Source: Eledone cirrhosa
Taxonomy: Eukaryota
Direction of reading: 5' to 3'
Assembly: GCA_964016885.1 (NCBI GenBank)
Contig: OZ024749.1
Location: forward strand, 31,744,001-31,808,000
Length of the DNA: 64,000 nucleotides
Part shown: positions 13,803 to 26,939 of the stretch, piece after piece
Position numbering within the stretch: position 1 is the stretch's first letter
How the letters are laid out: the number at the start of each line of letters is the position of its first letter
Program-made: the position numbers and the translations under genes
The notes under the pieces: generated by a model
Told to the model about the DNA's origin: nothing
The model's input: only the letters and a program-made list of their open reading frames with translations
The model's database searches: none

Positions 13803-14171
13803 CCTGTGTATATTACACTAGATGGAGTACAAATGTCAAGCAATTAATAACGTAACTAACACAAACGGACTCCCGTGACCCACATTAACAACACACATAC
13901 AGGCACACATAGACACACATATATATACACTCACATACACATACGTACAGACACACATATATATATACACACATATATACACACATATATACACATATAT
14001 ATACACATATATATACACATATATATGCACATACGCATATATATATATACCAATATATATACACACATATATATATACACATATATATACACACATATAT
14101 ATATACACATATACATATACACACATATATATATACACATATATATACACACATATATACACACATATATG

Positions 14172-14271
<100 letters not shown>

Positions 14272-14314
14272 TATGCACATATATATACAAACATATATAC
14301 ACATATACATATAC

Positions 14315-14345
<31 letters not shown>

Positions 14346-14934
14346 CACAAACATATATACACACATATATATACACATATAGATACACATATATATACAC
14401 ATATATATACACATATATATATATATATACACATATATATATATACACACATTTATTCATCGTCTTGTCAGTAGCCTAAAAATATACGTGTAAATGATTT
14501 CAGTTTAATTTGTATACCGCCATTTTCCAGCGCCATTTTCCAAGATACAAACGTATACAATTGTCGACTTAATTCGGTTACATGTGTTATGATGATGATG
14601 ATGATGATGATGATGATGGTGATGATGACGATGATAATGATGATGATGATGAGGAGGAGGAGGATGAGGAGGAGGCGGGGGAGGCGGGGAGGAGTTGTAA
14701 ATGGAGCAGTGTGTGGTGTGAGTCACGTTTATATATTCACAACAGGTTTCTTATGTTCGCCCCTATAATTGACTAAATATTCACCTTACAACTTTCAGTA
14801 ATATTTGGAAAGGTCAACGGTTTCCCTCCTGGTAATCTATTGATGGATATCGATACAGCATTGAACTTTTTTAGCAATTAGTTTCATAGACTCATCTCTG
14901 CTAATTAGTTTATATTGATCGTATGTATGTATGA

Positions 14935-14972
<38 letters not shown>

Positions 14973-14991
14973 CGTGTGTGTATATATATAT

Positions 14992-15064
<73 letters not shown>

Positions 15065-15232
15065 AGCGCGCGCGCATGTGTGTGTGTGTGTGTATATCAT
15101 ATTTATATATACGCACCTGTAGTGATATATAAATATATGTATATATGTATGAATATACATATATGTGTATATATACATTTATATTCTTGTACGTGTATAT
15201 ATGTAGACATACATATATGTATATATGTATGC

Positions 15233-15326
<94 letters not shown>

Positions 15327-15328
15327 GA

Positions 15329-15409
<81 letters not shown>

Positions 15410-15442
15410 AATATATATATATATAAATATATATATATAAAT

Positions 15443-15812
<370 letters not shown>

Positions 15813-16247
15813 CTTTGAATCTTTCTGTCACTCTGATTTCTTAGCTAATAAGTAACACTCTCTTGGCTATAAAAATAATTGCCTATTCGCGAAAATAAAA
15901 CTCAAATTAAAATATATCATAAGAAATACTTAATGTTATCCTTATTATTATGTTGATGATGATGGTGATGATGATGATGATGACATTGTCACCGACGATG
16001 ACGATGATGATGATGGTGTGTTCCAGTGTTCTCATCATCATAAATATCACTATTATCCTCCTCCTTCTCCTCCAACATCTCAGCTTCATCATCATCATTA
16101 TCATGATATTTGTGCGGTTGTGAAAATATCACCTTTAATGAAATGTTTTTATCGTTGAAACTTCGTTGTCACTATCTTTCCTATCTTCCAATGACTACAA
16201 TTGCTGTCTCTGTTATGTTATATTATACATATATATATTTATATACG

Positions 16248-19187
16248 TTTAGCAGAGATGTCATGTTTAGAAGTTGGTAAGGTTGCCACGAGGAACCAGG
16301 TTCGGTTGAAAGATATGATAGGAATATCGACAACGACTTTAGCTTGGTTTTACATTATTTATTAACAGAGGTTGAGCTGGCATGCCAAGAGAAATAAAAT
16401 AAATCAATTAAGATTACAAGAGAAAATACGGTCGACTGGCTGAGGCGTTTGGCCAGGTCCGTAGTAAAATTGTTGTGTCGTTACATATTGTTTGTGCTTA
16501 CGGAGCAAAAGAACAAGTGGTGTTTACCTTAGCATGGTCAAGCTGCAAGTCTGTGAGATTCCTCAAATCTTCGCGGGCTATTTCTCCCTCAGAACGCGTA
16601 GGGATACATCCTCTTCTCCTGGCGCTGATTGGCTGAACTGAGCCAAATCACGCACAGAGAATGTATGTGAGCCCGCGGAATGTAGGTCACTACATCATCT
16701 CCGAGCAGATTTTTAGCCGAAAATCGTTAACGATGAAGCCAAGGACCCACAAGGTACAGTTGACACCCCCCCCCCCCTTCTAGACGGAAGTCGATACAGA
16801 TTATTGAATCAGCAAGAACAAATGCTGAAAGAGCACATCAGTGAAAAAATAATTGAGCAGAAAGATGCATGCAAGAAAAAAAATGAGGCGCTACGGGCCG
16901 TGTTGAGCCGCTGTCAAATGACTAGCTGTTTTGTAGTTTATACGTGACCACCAAAGGTCTAACAGAAAACAGATAAAGTCTGACATGGGCGAAGTTGCTG
17001 TTCTTGCATTAAATGTTAATGGTAAGTGTTGTACCAGTAGCTGTGGACGAAGCTATTATGGTAGTTTACCAGTGCTGGCAAGAAGATGATGGGTAGGCGA
17101 GAAAATGTTGGCCTCCCAGATGTATTGCCGAATGTGCTAGGGAGCCAGGAAAAAATGGCTGGTTGCTTTGAAAAGGAAAAAAAGCAAGTTGAATCTGTAG
17201 GTGGGTTGCAGTTCCATAATTCGGGCGAATCCACAGAAGTGGTAAAAAAGCTGACAAGTCCAGTTCTAATTGTTGTTTTCCCGGTGAGTTGGGTAAGATA
17301 ACAAGATAGAGGTTGTTATGGACGATGAATGTGCAACGAGATGCGAAACTGTTTGAGTTCAGCTGCAATTAGCATTCTCGTGTTGCGGTGCAGGTGAACT
17401 AAGCTGCAAGTGTCGATAGCATGTTTTGGTACCTCCAGAAGGTGAAAAAGGATCTCGCAGAATATTACGACGTTTGAAGATCACATACCATAGATAACAA
17501 CATGTTGGTGTGTGTATATATGCAGGCATGTAATACAGCAAAGAAAATGTGTGCGTGCGGTCACATATACAATGATAGAGAGAAATGAATTTTCATATAA
17601 TACAGTTTTAAAAAAATAAATGCCCAAAATAAATGCCTGAAAAAAAAAAGGAAGAAAGAAAGAATTGTTTCTTTTCTTTTAACAAAAAGTTCGCTTCTTT
17701 TTTCTTTGGGAACGCTCTTACTAGGGAGCTAGTATAGTTGTTGTTGTTGTTAAAGCAAAGTCACAATGAATCTTCTGTAAAGTCGAAGTCTAGCGTTGAA
17801 GAACCCAGAGTCACCAATATGGCAGCCACGTCTGACGCCATAATGGTGAGAAAACTAATGTCTTAATTTCTCGAGTCCTTGTGGTAACGAGACAGAAGGT
17901 ATGGTGGTTGCGTCGGTAAAGTTACAAGCCGTTCCCTGGTGTTGGTTAATAATTAGCCATGTGTTGCTGCTGATGGCTGGTACTTGGTGGTAGCCGTTTT
18001 GAAATATCCTCGTGGCGAAAAGTTTTTGAAATACTGCTAATTTTTTTTCTAAATATATTCTAAAGAAAATTTGAATAATAAAAAAAATCATTTTTCATGA
18101 AAATTATTTGGTAAGAAAAATCCCAAGATGGCTGATTGAAAAATGTGTTTGTGATGAAGAAGCCGTCATGTGGCACGATGCAGCCAATCAGATGGCTGGG
18201 ATTGAAGAAGACAAGCTGTACGCGGGAAAACAAAATTTTTAAGTCTCCATTTGTAATTTTAACAGAAGGTTGAAAGCAAAATTCTATATCCAGAGAAATC
18301 CTTTTTTTTTTATTTTTGTTTTTTGTTTTTAACAAACTATGCTTGCAAGGCAAGTTGTTCTTAGTCGGTGGTCACCGTACTAATTTTATCAACTAAATGA
18401 AATATACCAAACCACCTCAACCGGATAGAAGACACCGCATAATTTTCAATCCAAAAGAGAAATTTTTTGTTAGTCGTCGAAAAAACTTTCTTTTGTGTTG
18501 TATTTTTGTGTTCGTCTGTATGCGTGAGTTACTAGTTTTTCCATGAAAGTTATGACAGAAACATTGTGCAGGCCGCGTGCTTCAACAAATGGAATATTAT
18601 GAATTTTATGGACTTACGCTAAGTGAGTCTAGCTACCCTATTCGAACATTCCAAATGTTAAGCCACTCCACATAGCCATAAAAACGAATGGCGGATTCAA
18701 ATAGGCTGCGTTTTCATACTTAATCGTCGAGGGTCACCAATTTAGCAGAGATGTTATGTTTAGAAGTTGGTAAGGTTGCCACGAGGAACCAGGTTCGGTT
18801 GAAAGATATGATAGGAATATCGACAACGACTTTAGCTTGGTTTTACATTATTTATTAACAGAGGTTGAGCTGGCATGCCAAGAGAAATAAAATAAATCAA
18901 TTAAGATTACAAGAGAAAATACGGTCGACTGGCTGAGGCGTTTGGCCAGGTCCATAGTAAAATTGTTGTGTCGTTACATATTGTTTGTGCTTACGGAGCA
19001 AAAGAACAAGTGGTGTTTACCTTAGCATGGTCAAGCTGCAAGTCTGTGAGATTCCTCAAATCTTCGCGGATAATTTCTCCCTCAGAACGCGTAGGGATAC
19101 ATCCTCTTCTCCTGGCGCTGATTGGTTGAGCTGAGCCAAATCACGCACAGAGAATGTATGTGAGCCCGCGGAATGTAGGTCACTACA
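16248..19187 (-). mobile_element. Non-autonomous LTR retroelement (TRIM/LARD-like)
   Basis: 447-bp direct repeats at 16248-16694 and 18741-19187 differing at only a few sites; TACG on both flanks; minus-strand LTR starts TGTAG; PBS-like TGGTGACCC next to the 5' LTR; no gag/pol ORF. Confidence 0.8.
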
Positions 19188-19191
19188 TACG

Positions 19192-19310
<119 letters not shown>

Positions 19311-19393
19311 GTTATTCCGGGTTGAATCGGAGGTAACCACAGTAAGTAAGGTACTCAATACATAGCAGAGTATAACAGTTTTAATATAGATGA

Positions 19394-19442
19394 GATTCTA
19401 CAGGACTAGAACTGTTTCATTCATTAGAAATCATCAGGAATC
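19394..19442 (-). ncRNA. Type I hammerhead ribozyme
   Basis: Exact reverse complement of 19445-19493. Confidence 0.8.
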
Positions 19443-19444
19443 AG

Positions 19445-19493
19445 GATTCCTGATGATTTCTAATGAATGAAACAGTTCTAGTCCTGTAGAATC
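19445..19493 (+). ncRNA. Type I hammerhead ribozyme
   Basis: GATTC-CTGATGA-tTTCtaatGAAt-GAAA-CAGttctagtcCTG-TA-GAATC. Confidence 0.85.
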
Positions 19494-19496
19494 TCA

Positions 19497-19549
<53 letters not shown>

Positions 19550-19580
19550 GTATGTATATATATATATATATATATATACG

Positions 19581-19621
<41 letters not shown>

Positions 19622-19623
<2 letters not shown>

Positions 19624-19762
19624 CGAAGGAAGTGTGGTAAGGAAGCGGATGGACCGTAACGCACCAGAGTACTCAATACTTAGGGTAGTAGAGTGGGTAA
19701 TAGGAAAATGTTAAACCCCAACGGCAGAGCTCAAGCCGTTTCGACGGCTATTTCTGAGTCCA

Positions 19763-19764
<2 letters not shown>
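19622..19764 (-). mobile_element. Half-hammerhead fold-back family copy
   Basis: Reverse-complement match to 15620-15756. Confidence 0.75.
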
Positions 19765-19796
<32 letters not shown>

Positions 19797-20269
19797 ATAT
19801 ATATATATGTGTGTGTGTGTATGTATGTATATGTGTATTATGTATGTATATATATATATATAAGCACCAACTACAGCTACCACAATAATACTGAATCAGT
19901 AACTGAAACAATTACAAGGATAACATCAACGACAGCAACAACAACAACACCAAGTACAACAACAACAACAACAGCAACAACAGCAACAACAGCAACAACA
20001 AAGAAAGAAACACCTAGAGACAAACAAGAAAATAAAGGGCCGTTCCTTAGATGTTTAAATAGCAGAAAAAGTGAATGACCGACCTTATATATGGTCACAT
20101 TGACTGGACAATTAACACAGAATTGAACTATAAATCAAAGGATATTGGACAACAATAACAACAACAACACCAGAACGACAGAAACTGTAGCAGCTACAAC
20201 AACAATGAAAAATCTATAACAACAATAACAGCAATAACGACAACTATATTGGTAATAATACTAATAGCA

Positions 20270-20390
20270 CAGAAGAAGAAGAAGAAGAAGAAGAAGAAGA
20301 AGAAGAAGAAGAAGAAGAAGAAGAAGAAGAAGAAGAAGAAGAAGAAGAAGAAGAAGAAGAAGAAGAAGAAGAAGAAGAAGAAGAAGAACG

Positions 20391-20423
<33 letters not shown>

Positions 20424-22590
20424 GCAGCAGCAGCAGCAGCAGTGACGGCGGTAGCAGCATCAGCAAGAAGAAGAAGAAGAAGAAGAAGAAGAAGAAGAAG
20501 AAGAAGAAGAAGAAGAAGAAGAAGAAGAACGACAACAACAACAACAACAACAATATCAGCCACAATACAAGAAATGACTTTTCCATCACACTCTTGCAAT
20601 CATCATCATCATCAACTATTTCATCCCTCTCACCACCACCAGCTTCACTATCATCATCATGACCATCAATACTGTCGCCATCATCAACATCACCACCACC
20701 ATCGTCACCATCAACATCATCACCATCACCATCATCAACATCGTCTAAGTAACGACAACACCACCATCAGCGTCGCCATCATCACCATCACCATCATTAT
20801 CTTCATCACTATCATCACCATCATCATTAACACCATCACCATCATCACTTCTATCATCATCATCATCATCATAACCATCATCATCGCTCTCACCACCATC
20901 ATTATCACCACTTCTACCATCACCATCATCACCACCATCATCATTATCACCATCATCAATATCACCATCATCATCATCACCACCATCATCATCATCACCA
21001 TCACCATCAACACCACCATCATCATTAACACCATCACCATCATCACCACCATCACCATCATCATCGCCATCACCATCATCACCATCATCATCATCACTAC
21101 CATCATCATCAACACCACCACCATCATTAACACCATCACCATCATCACCACCATCATCATTATCATCATCACTACCATCACCACCATCATTATCACCATC
21201 ACCATCACACCAACATCATCATTAACACCATCACCATCACACCACCATCACCATCATCACCACCATCATCATCATCACCACCATCACCATCATCACCACC
21301 ATCATCATTATCACCATCACCATCAATATCACCACCATCATCATCATCGCCATCATCATCATCACTACCATCATCAGCATCATCACCAGCATCACCACCA
21401 CCATCATCATCATCCCCATCATCATTAACACCATCACCACCATCACCACCATGCTCATCACCATCGTGACCACCATCACCATCATCACCACCACTATAAC
21501 CATCATCATTATCACCACCTTCACCATCATCACCACCATCATCACCACCACCATCACCATCACCATCACCATCATCATTATCATCACCATCCACACCACG
21601 AATCACCACCATCATCATCACCATCGTGACCACTATCACCACCATCATCACCATCACCATCATCATTATCACCACCATCATCACCACCATCACCACCACC
21701 ATCATCACCATCACCACCACCATCATCACCACCATCACCACCACCATCATCACCATCACCATCACCACCACCATCATCACCACCATCACCACCACCATCA
21801 TCACCATCGTGACCACTATCACCACCATCACCACCACCATCATCACCATCGTGACCACTATCACCACCATCATCACCACCATCATCACCATCACCATCAC
21901 CATCATCACCACCATCACCACCATCCTCATCACCATCGTGACCACTATCACCAAAATCATCACCACCATCACCATCACCATCACCACCACCATCACCATC
22001 ACCACTATCACCACCATCATCACCACCACTATCACCATCATCATCATCACCATCACCATCACCACCACCATCACCATCACCACTATCACCACCATCATCA
22101 CCACCACTATCACCATCATCATCATCACCACCATCACCACCATCACCACCATCACCACCATCACCACTATCCTCATCACCGCCATCATCATCACCACTAT
22201 CACTATCACCATCACCATCATCACCACCATCACCACCATCATCACCATCACCATCATCATTATCACCACCATCACCACCACTATCACCATCACCATCATC
22301 ATTATCACCACCATCACCACCACTATCACCATCACCATCATCATTATCACCACCATCACCACCACTATCACCATCACCATCATCATTATCACCACCATCA
22401 CCACCATCATCACCATCACCATCATCATTATCACCACCATCACCACCACTATCACCATCACCATCATCATTATCACCACCATCACCACCACTATCACCAT
22501 CATCATCATCATTATCACCACCATCACCACCATCCTCATCACCATCGTGACCACTATCACCACAATCATCACCATCACAACAACAACAAT
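20270..22590. repeat. (AAG)n, (AAC)n and a long (CAT/CAC)n array
   Basis: Directly visible. Confidence 0.95.
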
Positions 22591-22806
22591 AACAGTCCTT
22601 AACCATCTTAACATTAATCGTAGTTTATGATCACCAATATGTTCTCCCTTTCCTTTTGTTTTATTTTTTTTTTTTTATACCTTTTTGTTCTCATTTATCA
22701 TTGTTTTATTTATTATTATTTTTATTATTTTTATTTTAAAATGTTTATGTTGATTGTGTCACCTGTTCTGATCTCACCAACCACTAGCTAAGTCGTACAC
22801 ACACGT

Positions 22807-22968
<162 letters not shown>

Positions 22969-22969
22969 G

Positions 22970-23058
<89 letters not shown>

Positions 23059-23061
23059 GTA

Positions 23062-23097
<36 letters not shown>

Positions 23098-23148
23098 TGT
23101 ATGTATCTATGTATATATATATATATTTACACACACATATACATATAC

Positions 23149-23235
<87 letters not shown>

Positions 23236-23314
23236 CATATTTACATACATACATATATATATATACATACAAACATATATACATACACACATATATACAT
23301 ACATACAAACATGT

Positions 23315-23362
<48 letters not shown>

Positions 23363-23504
23363 TTGTTAAACAATATTCGATGTTTATGTCAAAGAATGAG
23401 TTTTACAGTAGATTGGAAGCACTCAACCGTAAAAAATAATTTTCTGGAGTTATTAATATTAAAATGTAAATATTAATAAAATAGATGTTCTTTTGATCAA
23501 TTAC

Positions 23505-23557
23505 ATTTTATTATAAATATTTCGGATGTACAACACTACGTCCTCATCAGACAAAAT
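23505..23557 (-). ncRNA. Minimal type I hammerhead ribozyme
   Basis: Reverse-complement copy of 23656-23708. Confidence 0.7.
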
Positions 23558-23655
23558 ATAATGATATATGACATACCCTGAGATGTTAAATGGTTAAGAT
23601 TTAATCAAGGAAGTCTTAACCATTTAACATCTCAGGGTATGTCATATATCATTAT

Positions 23656-23708
23656 ATTTTGTCTGATGAGGACGTACTGTTGTACATCCGAAATATGTAT
23701 AATAAAAT
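23656..23708 (+). ncRNA. Minimal type I hammerhead ribozyme
   Basis: ATTTTGT-CTGATGA-GGAcGTACtgttGTACaTCC-GAAA-TATGTA-TA-ATAAAAT. Confidence 0.75.
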
Positions 23709-23764
23709 GTAATTGATCAAAAGAACATCTATTTTATTAATATTTACATTTTAATATATCTACA

Positions 23765-23800
<36 letters not shown>

Positions 23801-23802
<2 letters not shown>

Positions 23803-23985
23803 ATGGAAAAATTTGAACAGGAACAAAACAGAGAGGCAGTACAACGAATGTTTATTAATTTCACGCTCTGGAGAGTGGGGTGTTGGTGGGGAACGACGTT
23901 TTCGACATAAGCCCTTCCTCAGGTGAGAAGTGTGTGGGAACAGAGTTCAAAGGGTGTGTAGGGGAGTGGTGGAGAGACATATAGC
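23801..23985 (-). mobile_element. Penelope-like 3' end with degenerate hammerhead
   Basis: Minus strand CTGAGGA-AGGGCTTATGTC-GAAA-ACG-TC, then AATAAA and (TA)n; stem I pairs poorly. Confidence 0.45.
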
Positions 23986-24530
23986 GAAAGTATATATATT
24001 TATTTATTTATTTATTTATTTATATATATGTTTATATATTTATATATATATATGTCTTATTAGTTTATGATTGCTCGAAAAGAAACATAACTTTTTAAAC
24101 GTAACGGACATTTGTCCTTCATCAGTTAAGAGCAAAGTGCAAATATATATACCTATTATTGTGTGTGTGTGTGTATGTGTGTGTGTATATGTGTGTGTAT
24201 GTGTGTGTGTATATATGTGTGTGTGTATGTGTGTGTGTTCGTGTGTGTGTGTAAACCTTCTCTAAATACAATCAATCAACAACCTAATTAAATAAAAGTT
24301 AATCCTCTGCAAATTAATCAAACCTTTCCACTATAGATCAAACAACAACCTGATCAGCGAAATAACATCCAAAGCTCTATATATTGAACATACGCAATAA
24401 CTCACATCACAAATATACGATTACCAAATCGAAATTTCAATCCACATATCGAAATGTTATTTAACCACAAACGTAATCGCAAATTAACTTTATTGAACCT
24501 TCCAATCATGACTAAAAAATCATCAAATAT

Positions 24531-24900
24531 CTTCTTCTTCTTCTTCTTCTTCTTCTTCTTCTTCTTCTTCTTCTTCTTCTTCTTCTTCTTCTTCTTCTTC
24601 TTCTTCTTCTTCTTCTTCTTCTTCTTCTTCTTCTTCTTCTTCTTTTCCATTTCACCCCCACTTACCTCTGCCATGATCCTCAAACACTCCTTCCAGCGAG
24701 TCCTATCAGAAGCAACTCTCTCTAATTGATCCAACTGTATTTTCGCACGGGGGGGGGGGGTGAGAGGGAGCAGCCGATCTCATGGATATTATCCAACTAT
24801 CTTCCTTGGAGTCTATCTCTGGGTCTCCTGCCAGTTGGTTTTTTGCCCGTAAAATCGATCCAGCGATTCTTTCCTGATAATCCTCTCATAAATAACAATC
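24531..24900 (-). mobile_element. RTE-like LINE 3' fragment with (GAA)n tail
   Basis: GKKPTGRRPR...LERVASDRTRWKE resembles RTE ORF C-termini and is followed by (GAA)n. Confidence 0.55.
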
Positions 24901-25400
24901 TACATCTTTTGAACTCATGGCTCACACCTAAATACAACCCGACACAACACGAAAATAGTGACACGAACTTATCAAAAAAAATCTTTCAGTACTTAATACA
25001 GACCTGTCAACCCTCCCCGTCCGACGGGGAGATCTCTCACCCACCTCAAAATGGATGAGAGATGTCTTCGCTTGTGAAAATGGATATAGCTTTCATTATG
25101 TAAAATGTCCCCATTTGGCTTCATTTCTCCTCGTTTTGGAGCACTATTTTTCATGATACTCCCAGTTTTGGGGTTTGCAAATGTTGGCATGTCACACATT
25201 TACACACATACATACGCATAGACACACATTGACACATATTCGCAAGCATACATACACACGTACACACAAACAATGACACGGAGACGTTTGCGTGCGTGTG
25301 CGTGTGCGTGCGTGTGTGTGTGTACGAGTCAGTATATATATGTATACATAGAAAAACTATATCTATTCCATATGACTAAGTCTAGAACTGTCTGTATATA

Positions 25401-25478
25401 CAGGGTGTCCCCAAAAATGTATACACACTTCAATAGCATTCTAATCAAGGTGTGTATACATGTTTGGGGGACACTCTT
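25401..25478. mobile_element. Tc1/mariner-type MITE
   Basis: TA|CAGGGTGTCCCCAAAAATGTATACACAC ... GTGTGTATACATGTTTGGGGGACACTCTT|TA. Confidence 0.7.
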
Positions 25479-25805
25479 TATATTAGACTATCGATATCGA
25501 TTAGCCAAGTGGTGACCGGAAAGACTTGCTCCACAGATGAGTTTATGACAGGAAGTCAAATTACGTCAGATGTATCATTTCATCGCCAGAGGGCGCTATT
25601 GTGCAAGCAGTTCAGATGTCCACCACTTGATGGCTGGACACGTTTCCGGTCATTCAACTGTGTAATTTGAATTGTATACTGGTGTTATACGGCGGATATT
25701 GGTGTTATACACTCACAAGCATAAAAATATACATCTGTGCCTATATGTGAATCGACACACAAGTACATGTATAGGTATGCATGTTCTAACATACATATGC
25801 ATATG

Positions 25806-25842
<37 letters not shown>

Positions 25843-25845
25843 TTA

Positions 25846-26915
25846 CCCCAAACATAAACTACTGGTGGTTACTAACCGGTTTCCTCAATTTAGACGAGGA
25901 CAACCTCATCTCAATAGGGAAGGCATCCGGCGACGCGTTCAGTGGAACGAGCATCGAAGTTCTGACCCAAATAAGGCCAGAACGCATCGCCCAAATCCCT
26001 GAGCGCGTCATGCTGGATGACCGTACCCACCTCAACATTATTGTGGAGGGTAGGCGTCCCTCCTGTTACCTCTGTGGCAATAGAGGTCACCTGAGGGCTG
26101 CCTGTCCCCAGCTCACACAGAAAAAAACACTGCTACCAACACCAACACCACCCCAACTACAACAACAAAAACAACCACAACAACAACAAAAACCAACAAC
26201 CCCACCACCACCACCACAACAACAACAACAACAAACACGTGAAAAAATAACACAGAATACTGTCCCACCCAATCCCTCCCCACCCAAAACAAATACAAAA
26301 ACACGCACACCGCAAACACTACCAGAAAACATACCCCTCCCACCCAACAAGGAAGACGAACCTCTTTCGTCGCAAGACGAAAAAGATCCCTTCCAACAAG
26401 TAAAAAGAAAGAAGAGGAGACGCACCACAGACACACATGTTAACTTTAATCCCCCCCAAGAGAACACAAACTACACACAAACCACCCCTCCCTGTCACAC
26501 AACACTAACTGCTACACAAAAAAAGACATTACAATACACATACATGAACACAGACAACAAAGAATTACGGAAAACAATTTCAGCAAACCCTTCGGTCCAA
26601 ACCGAAGGGCCAAACTTTATAACTGCTGTGGGACTACCTCATTTGAAAATGATAAAAGTCCCAATGCACTTGTACAAAACACTGAAAATAAATTTCACGG
26701 AGGACGTGGGCCCCCCCTGCGCCAAACCAATCAACCGCGTCCTCCTAAAAAATTTCACCCCCCCACCTCACCCAGACACCCACTCAACGACAAACACCCC
26801 AACCCCACAACACACCGATGCCCCTTCACTTCCACAAACCACAACCCCACCCAACAACCCATCCCCAACCAGCATGGAAATTGAGCGGCCCGTTTCCCGG
26901 GACGCAGAGAGGTAA
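25846..26915 (+). CDS. Tx1-type ORF1, 5'-truncated, with CCHC zinc knuckle
   Basis: CYLCGNRGHLRAAC; colinear with ORF1 of copy B; the N-terminus in the ORF track is flanking microsatellite. Confidence 0.85.
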
Positions 26916-26939
26916 GTGCCTTTTCTCTTTACCACCAAC

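Larger units (their letters stand above)
23456..23757. mobile_element. About 300-bp palindromic Penelope-like fragment with a hammerhead in each arm
   Basis: Arms of about 143 bp, near-perfect reverse complements around a short spacer. Confidence 0.8.

Noticed and set aside
17016-18353. gag/pol remnants inside the LTR element
   Set aside because: Only short ORFs with no zinc knuckle, protease, RT or integrase motif that I can recognise
25737-25845. N-terminal extension of copy A ORF1
   Set aside because: Read-through of flanking DNA and (TATC)n upstream of the truncation point
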